Source of the DNA: Candidatus Colwellbacteria bacterium
Lineage (GTDB): Bacteria; Patescibacteriota; Minisyncoccia; UBA6257; Colwellbacteraceae
Reading direction: 5' to 3'
Assembly: GCA_030700125.1 (NCBI GenBank)
Contig: JAUYKE010000021.1
Location: 2,492 to 66,491, forward strand
Length of the DNA stretch: 64,000 nt
Shown: positions 58,734-64,000 of the stretch, piece after piece
How positions within the stretch are numbered: the stretch's first letter is position 1
How the letters are laid out: each line of letters opens with the position of its first letter
Translations under genes and position numbers: made by a program
The notes under the pieces: generated by a model
What the model saw: only the letters and a program-made list of their open reading frames with translations
What the model was told of the DNA's origin: nothing
Databases searched by the model: none

Positions 58734-60251
58734 ATGACGCATATTTCGGAATGGGCAAAAATTGGCAGTAAAATTACCGCACATCGTGAGCAGAAGGGTA
58801 TGACCCAAGCTGGGCTTGCCCGGCTTCTAAAAACGAGTCAAAGCGCCGTTGCCCGAATGGAGGCAGGCGAACAAAATTTCAGCACCGGGACGCTTTTAAA
58901 AATCGGCAAGATTCTTGATAAAGAGTTAATTACTCTTTCCGATGAAACAGTTAATTTTAAAGTTGAAGGCGGCCACAAGCTAAAAGGGGAGGTAAAAGTA
59001 AATACCTCAAAAAACGCCGCTGTCGCGCTGCTTTGCGCTTCGCTCCTCAACAAAAATAAAACCGTCTTAAAGCGAATGCCTCGAATTGAAGAAGTCTATC
59101 GAGTGATTGAAGTGCTCGTTAGCTTGGGTGTTTCGATTAGATGGCTTGGCAATGATGTTGAAATTATTCCGCCGAAGAAAATCAATCCGCGGCATATCAA
59201 TGTTGAAGCGGCAATGAAAACCCGGAGCGTGCTTCTTCTCTTGGGGCCGCTAATTCATTTATTGCCGGCCTTTAGAATTCCTCAACCGGGGGGGTGTAAG
59301 CTCGGCGGGAGAACTGTCCGACCCCATCTTCTTGCCCTGGAGAAACTGGGAATAAAGATTGATACCAAAGCGAATTATTACGAAGTCTTGCACAAGAGAC
59401 TTCGACCGGCGGAGATTGTGCTCTACGAATCGGGCGACACAACTACGGAAAATGTTTTAATGGCGGCCGCCAAGATAAAGGGTAAAACTGTAATCAAGTT
59501 TGCTTCGGCTAACTATATGGTCCAGGATCTTTGCGACTTCCTTACCCAATTGGGGGTAAAGATAGACGGGGTCGGGACAACTACCCTTACGGTCTATGGC
59601 ACTCCGGAAATAGACAAGCCGATTACTTACTACCCGAGCGAAGATCCGATTGAGGCGATGCTTTTCCTCTCAATCGCCGCCACCACCAACTCTTCAATAA
59701 CCATAAAGGGCTGTCCGATTGATTTTCTCGAGCTTGAACTCTTGAAGTTGGAAAAAATGGGCTTCAAATTCAAAATCTTGAGGCGCTATAAATCCGCCAA
59801 CAATTTCACTAACTTGGTAGATATCCGGACTCTCCCTTCGAAGCTCCATGCCCTGGAAGAGAAAATTTACGCCCGGCCTTTTCCGGGACTAAATATCGAT
59901 AATCTCCCTTTCTTCGTGCCGATTGCCACCCAAGCGGAAGGTCAAACTCTGATTCACGACTGGGTGTACGAAAATAGGGCCATCTATTATATGGAGCTAA
60001 ATAAGCTTGGGGCTGACATTATTCTGGCTGATCCGCACCGCATCTATGTTAATGGACCGACCAGACTAACCGGAGCTGAAATAATCTGCCCGCCGGCTCT
60101 CCGGGCAGCGGCTATTATTTTAACCGCCATGCTCGCCGCCTCCGGCACCTCGGTTTTGCGGAATGTTTATTCAATTAATCGCGGCTACGAGGATCTGGCT
60201 AACCGATTAGGTAAACTGGGAGCGCGGATTAAAACATTACGTAGTTTTTAA
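58734..60251 (+). CDS. murA: UDP-N-acetylglucosamine 1-carboxyvinyltransferase with N-terminal XRE HTH
   Basis: MTQAGLARLLKTSQSAVARME HTH; SKNAA, PGGCKLG, PFPG, YENR, RGYE. Confidence 0.92.
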   Translation: MTHISEWAKIGSKITAHREQKGMTQAGLARLLKTSQSAVARMEAGEQNFSTGTLLKIGKILDKELITLSDETVNFKVEGGHKLKGEVKVNTSKNAAVALLCASLLNKNKTVLKRMPRIEEVYRVIEVLVSLGVSIRWLGNDVEIIPPKKINPRHINVEAAMKTRSVLLLLGPLIHLLPAFRIPQPGGCKLGGRTVRPHLLALEKLGIKIDTKANYYEVLHKRLRPAEIVLYESGDTTTENVLMAAAKIKGKTVIKFASANYMVQDLCDFLTQLGVKIDGVGTTTLTVYGTPEIDKPITYYPSEDPIEAMLFLSIAATTNSSITIKGCPIDFLELELLKLEKMGFKFKILRRYKSANNFTNLVDIRTLPSKLHALEEKIYARPFPGLNIDNLPFFVPIATQAEGQTLIHDWVYENRAIYYMELNKLGADIILADPHRIYVNGPTRLTGAEIICPPALRAAAIILTAMLAASGTSVLRNVYSINRGYEDLANRLGKLGARIKTLRSF

Positions 60252-61213
60252 TTTGAAGCGCACGTATTAAACGCAGCTATCTGGTTGTTATATCGACTAA
60301 TTATAGTTCTGGTTTCGCCTATAAGGTTGTTGTACTCCTTAACAAGTAAGTTGTAGGTTTCGACTTTAGTGTTGTAATCGGGATCCGTATCGGGGTCACT
60401 TGCCTCAATTTCCGACTTTAAAACGACCAGTTTGTCTCTCATGTCGGCTAGCTCAAGTTTATTCTCGTCAATCGAGCGGCTGAGGGCGGCATCCGGCCTG
60501 GGGCAATCGGAAACGGGCTTGCCAAAATGCTGGACTGCGAGCCAAGTTGATCGTCCTTCAAAAACGCATCTTGTTACCCCGACTCCGATTTCGGTGAAGC
60601 GGGAGTTTAGAATATTGGCTCGGTGGCCGGGACTATTCATCCAAGCTTCAACCACAACTTGGTCGCTGGTAAAAGAGCCAAGGGCCAAATTTTCCCCAAC
60701 TGAAAGATAGTCATAGCCAAAACTGTCAGCTAAATCCCCTGATCCAACCCCGCTTGGTGAAGTGTGGGCAAAGTATTGTTTCTCGCACATATCGTCAGCT
60801 TTCTTTCCAGCCATGGCATTTAAGATAACGTTTTCTTTAAGAAACCCTATGCTGTTTTCTTGTCTTTGAAGATTAGTTTGGAGGATAATGCCCGATTGGG
60901 TTAAGCCGGAGACAGGTCCCGGCTCCGGCGTTGGCTCTGGCGTCGGCGGCGGAGTGGTAACACGGAGAGGTGCGGGAGCAGAAACTTCTTTTTTGGGTTC
61001 TATCGGTTTTGCTCCGGGAGCTTTGGGTAAAGAAGGGAGCTCTTGTTGAATTAAACCTTTTCTATCGGCCTCCTGGTTACCCTGGGTTGCCTCTTTTTCT
61101 ACCCTCGCGTTTTGTCCATCTTCGAGGCTCCCTGATGGTGCTTTTTCCTTTTGGTAAATTAAAACGGCCCCTAGGAGGACAATGAAAATGGTAAATAAGA
61201 GTCGCAGTTTCAT
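60248..61213 (-). CDS. CAP/SCP domain secreted protein with C-terminal coiled coil
   Basis: YFAHTSP, GENLA, AWMNSPGHRANIL. Confidence 0.92.
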   Translation of the reverse strand: MKLRLLFTIFIVLLGAVLIYQKEKAPSGSLEDGQNARVEKEATQGNQEADRKGLIQQELPSLPKAPGAKPIEPKKEVSAPAPLRVTTPPPTPEPTPEPGPVSGLTQSGIILQTNLQRQENSIGFLKENVILNAMAGKKADDMCEKQYFAHTSPSGVGSGDLADSFGYDYLSVGENLALGSFTSDQVVVEAWMNSPGHRANILNSRFTEIGVGVTRCVFEGRSTWLAVQHFGKPVSDCPRPDAALSRSIDENKLELADMRDKLVVLKSEIEASDPDTDPDYNTKVETYNLLVKEYNNLIGETRTIISRYNNQIAAFNTCASN

Positions 61214-61229
61214 GGCTGGTATTTTAATA

Positions 61230-61790
61230 CTATGACTTAATACTTATCGCAAGCTTAAGTGTCTTTTCTATTAGTTTTTTAAGAGTTTCCAGGGTCTTAG
61301 CCTCCGTCAATGAACCGTCGGGCCTAAAAGCTTCTTCGGCTCTCGAGATAAGAACTTGGGGCTGGGGGAGAATTAAGACGTTGACTGAAGCCAGAATCTG
61401 GCGAAGCTGAAATTGACCTCGGAGGGTGCCAAACCTGCCGGTGGAAGCGCCAAAAACTACCGCAACTTTGCCGCTTAGCGAATTGCCTTCCCGCGAAGCC
61501 CAGTCGATCGCGTTTTTTAATGCACCGGAGACAGAATAGTTATATTCCGGTGAAGCAATTATTAAAACATCAGTGCCCTCAACGGTTTTTTTTAGTTTTT
61601 GGACAGATTCCGGCAGGCCTTGATCCTGAATATCTTTGTCATAAATCGGCAAATCAAGTTCTCGCAGGTCCAGCTCTGTAACCTCGGCGCCTAAATCAGC
61701 CGCAATACGCATGGCAATTTGGAGCGCTTTGCGATTGTAAGATTCGCTTCGCAGACTTCCGGAAATAGCTAAGACTTTTAAATTGTTCAC
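61230..61790 (-). CDS. NADPH-dependent FMN reductase
   Basis: ISGSLRSESYN, SPEYNYSVSGALKNAIDW. Confidence 0.93.
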   Translation of the reverse strand: MNNLKVLAISGSLRSESYNRKALQIAMRIAADLGAEVTELDLRELDLPIYDKDIQDQGLPESVQKLKKTVEGTDVLIIASPEYNYSVSGALKNAIDWASREGNSLSGKVAVVFGASTGRFGTLRGQFQLRQILASVNVLILPQPQVLISRAEEAFRPDGSLTEAKTLETLKKLIEKTLKLAISIKS

Positions 61791-61882
61791 TGAAAGAGTC
61801 CTTTGACTATAAAATAAAGACCGACGAGCACCGCGAGAAAGATAAGAAGCGGCCCCAGCTGATCTACAATTTCCAAAATCAT
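61787..61882 (-). CDS. 31-aa single-TM peptide coupled to the FMN reductase (not in ORF track)
   Basis: MILEIVDQLGPLLIFLAVLVGLYFIVKGLFQ*; GTGA overlap; TAGAAT shortly upstream. Confidence 0.55.
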   Translation of the reverse strand: MILEIVDQLGPLLIFLAVLVGLYFIVKGLFQ

Positions 61883-61907
61883 TTCTTTATTCTAGTATAC
61901 TCGAAGT

Positions 61908-62609
61908 ATGGCTAAAATTCTCTCGCCCCGACACGTTGCTATTATCCCTGACGGAAATCGGCGGTGGGCGAAGCGCCGCGGGTTTCCCAGCTGGAGGGGA
62001 CACTTCGAAGGCGCTAAGCGGATGGAAGAAATTGCCCGAGCGGCAGTTGATCTAGATATCAAATACTTCACCCTTTGGGGCGGATCTTATGACAACCTCA
62101 CTAAGCGGTCAAAAGGGGAAATTATTGTTTTAAACCGGGTCTACAAAGAGCTGGTGCGAAAACTGCTTAAGGATAAAACTATCCATGAAAATAAGGTAAG
62201 AGTGAGGTTTCTAGGTGAGTGGCCGAAGTTATTGGATAAAGGAGTGGTTGAAGCCATTAAGAGAGCCGAGAGAGAAACTGCCCGATACACAGGTTATGAA
62301 CACTCATATCTTATTGGATATAACGGGGATCGGGAGATGTTGGATGCCATGAATCGGCTTTTAAAAACCGGCCACGGGCGGGTCACCGCTCCACTATTAA
62401 AATCATATCTCTGGACTGCTGATCTGCCACCGGTTGACCTAGTAATAAGGACTGGCGGCGAGCCTCATCTTAGTAATGGCTTTATGATGTGGGATGCGAG
62501 AGATGCCCAGCTCTATTTTACCGATAAGTTTTGGCCTGACTTTACCAAGAAAGAGCTCATCCTCGCACTTGAAGATTATTCTCATCGGGAACGGAGGTTT
62601 GGCCGGTAG
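61908..62609 (+). CDS. uppS: undecaprenyl diphosphate synthase
   Basis: HVAIIPDGNRRWA, DLVIRTGGE..LSNGF..W, WPDF, RRFG. Confidence 0.95.
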   Translation: MAKILSPRHVAIIPDGNRRWAKRRGFPSWRGHFEGAKRMEEIARAAVDLDIKYFTLWGGSYDNLTKRSKGEIIVLNRVYKELVRKLLKDKTIHENKVRVRFLGEWPKLLDKGVVEAIKRAERETARYTGYEHSYLIGYNGDREMLDAMNRLLKTGHGRVTAPLLKSYLWTADLPPVDLVIRTGGEPHLSNGFMMWDARDAQLYFTDKFWPDFTKKELILALEDYSHRERRFGR

Positions 62610-62864
62610 AATTTCATGGGGAAATAGTGTGGAAATCATTCGGAAATTTCCGAATTAATTTCCGAATGAGGTTTTATGGGACGATCGGGTTCTTGGCGAC
62701 TAAAAACCCGATCGTCGCATAGATACTAGCTTTTTGGAAATCTTGTGAAACATTGACGAACCTTGTGAAACATCGTGAAAATTGCAAAACCCGATCGTGG
62801 CTTAAATACTAGAGATTTGACAATGTATTCTAAAAAGGGTGTTTTGTGAAACAATGCTTGACTG

Positions 62865-63329
62865 TTAAACAATGAATTTTTTAAACAATCCGCCTCGGCA
62901 GAGCTCCTTCCTAAAATAGCCAGATTTGTGGAGACGGTAGAGAAGTTTATAGCTTTCGGGCACAAACGGATCAGTCTCTATCCTTTCTAGCCACTCACTA
63001 AATTGCTCTGCTCTGGCACCTATCAACCTGTCGTAAAATAAAGGGATAATTATATTTTTTAGTGATCCGAGCTCCCTAATTATTAAAATTGCGACCGGCC
63101 TTCTCTTTGCTTTATCTTTTCCGGGGTAGTGATAAATATAGATTTTATTTTTTAACTTGAGCTTATTTCTAATTGCCTTGAGTAGCTCTTCATCTTCGGC
63201 CGGCATTCTTAGCTGAAATGATGGAATTCTTCTTGGTTTCAAACTGCCAAGGTTACTGGAGGTTGTAAAAGTAAATGTCCCTGTGCCCTGGACTAGCCCC
63301 CGGATGTAGTCATAGCTGATGTTTGTCAT
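62865..63329 (-). CDS. LAGLIDADG-like protein with degenerate catalytic motif
   Basis: YIRGLVQGTGTF..PSFQLRM..D.ELL..IR..L...IIPLFY. Confidence 0.7.
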   Translation of the reverse strand: MTNISYDYIRGLVQGTGTFTFTTSSNLGSLKPRRIPSFQLRMPAEDEELLKAIRNKLKLKNKIYIYHYPGKDKAKRRPVAILIIRELGSLKNIIIPLFYDRLIGARAEQFSEWLERIETDPFVPESYKLLYRLHKSGYFRKELCRGGLFKKFIV

Positions 63330-63491
63330 AGTTGTTTCACAAGCAACTCGATATGACGTTTACCTGGTAAACACTTTAATTATACCAAATTGTGGATAAA
63401 TTGTTAAGAATTAGGTAGTAGCCCGCCTAAGGTGGATCACTGCCCGGTGTAAACAAAATCAACCCATAAATGGGCTGATTGAAAACTGCGG

Positions 63492-63522
63492 GGCTGCGGG
63501 GCGCTCAAGGGCGCCCCGCAGC
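63492..63522. terminator. GC-rich hairpin downstream of the last ORF
   Basis: gctgcggggcgc-tcaagg-gcgccccgcagc. Confidence 0.55.
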
Positions 63523-63549
63523 AGCTCTTCTGGTCAAGGACGACTTTCC

Positions 63550-63861
63550 CTACCGTTGGCGAGGGTGGTGAAAGCCGATCTTGAACTGGGGAGGCAGATG
63601 GGGTAGGTGGGGGTGAGTCAGGTGGTCCAGAGCTTCTCGAACCCGGTGATGATGGCCGTGCGATGGGATATAGATGATGATCTTGTCACCGTACCCGTAG
63701 AAGGTATGGGTGGTGAGCTCGTGGTCACCCCGACCACGAGTTATCCCTTCCCAGACCACTTTCACGTTTTGTTTTCCTCTGTGGTCTGCATAGATCACCG
63801 CCAATTCTGCCGAAGTGGGCCTGCGGTCAGCGATAAAGTAGATTATCGTTTCCGGCGACAT
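63550..63861 (-). CDS. His-rich hypothetical accessory protein
   Basis: SD-like GAGGA; 103 aa. Confidence 0.55.
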   Translation of the reverse strand: MSPETIIYFIADRRPTSAELAVIYADHRGKQNVKVVWEGITRGRGDHELTTHTFYGYGDKIIIYIPSHGHHHRVREALDHLTHPHLPHLPPQFKIGFHHPRQR

Positions 63862-64000
63862 ATCTCTTCCTCTCTTTTCTTTGTCTTAAGGGACGGTTCC
63901 GATCTAGTTGCAATCGGGTTGAAGCGCTATATACTGGCATGTTTCGGTCTCTTTGCGCAGATCTTGTGCCACTCGTAGCTCTGCACGGTCACAACCATAC

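Noticed and set aside
62620-62860. CRISPR array, parS site or oriC
   Set aside because: Repeats are 9-12 bp with irregular spacing and no cas genes. Only parS half-sites occur, and DnaA-box matches (47703, 63391) are isolated with no dnaA nearby.

Overview
64 kb of chromosome from a Patescibacteria (CPR, most likely Parcubacteria-type) bacterium using genetic code 11. The lineage call is inferred from tandem small pilins, a short IF2, an XRE-MurA fusion, rpsO-NYN-pnp order and tRNA-Ile(UAU)/tRNA-Arg(GCG). Most of the window is housekeeping genes: valS, ftsH, rpsA, gyrA, rpsO, pnp, nusA, ppa, clpP, tyrS, thyA-folA-dcd-glyA-folD, ftsK, recA, iscS, clpB, rny, hup, an ECF sigma operon, infB-rbfA, murA and uppS, plus 15 intact tRNAs. 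Small accessory islets with strong Shine-Dalgarno sites are interspersed, and a larger variable region (about 47.4-56.3 kb) lies between a tRNA cluster and tRNA-Ser. The most unusual signals are: (1) a short palindromic element (CCCCAG...CGGGGCAGG) in the D-loop of three different tRNA 5'-half relics, with related elements in-frame inside nusA, infB, thyA, iscS and the NYN gene; (2) an SF2 helicase fused to six homing-endonuclease-associated repeats with no nuclease domain; (3) a two-hairpin element with a fixed scaffold but swapped stems, and a 50-bp repeated module in the island; (4) two free-standing LAGLIDADG-like genes, one overlapping tRNA-Pro and one apparently catalytically dead and flanked by repeats. 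No CRISPR array, rRNA, or intact integrase or transposase was seen. All family assignments are by eye; no database search was run.
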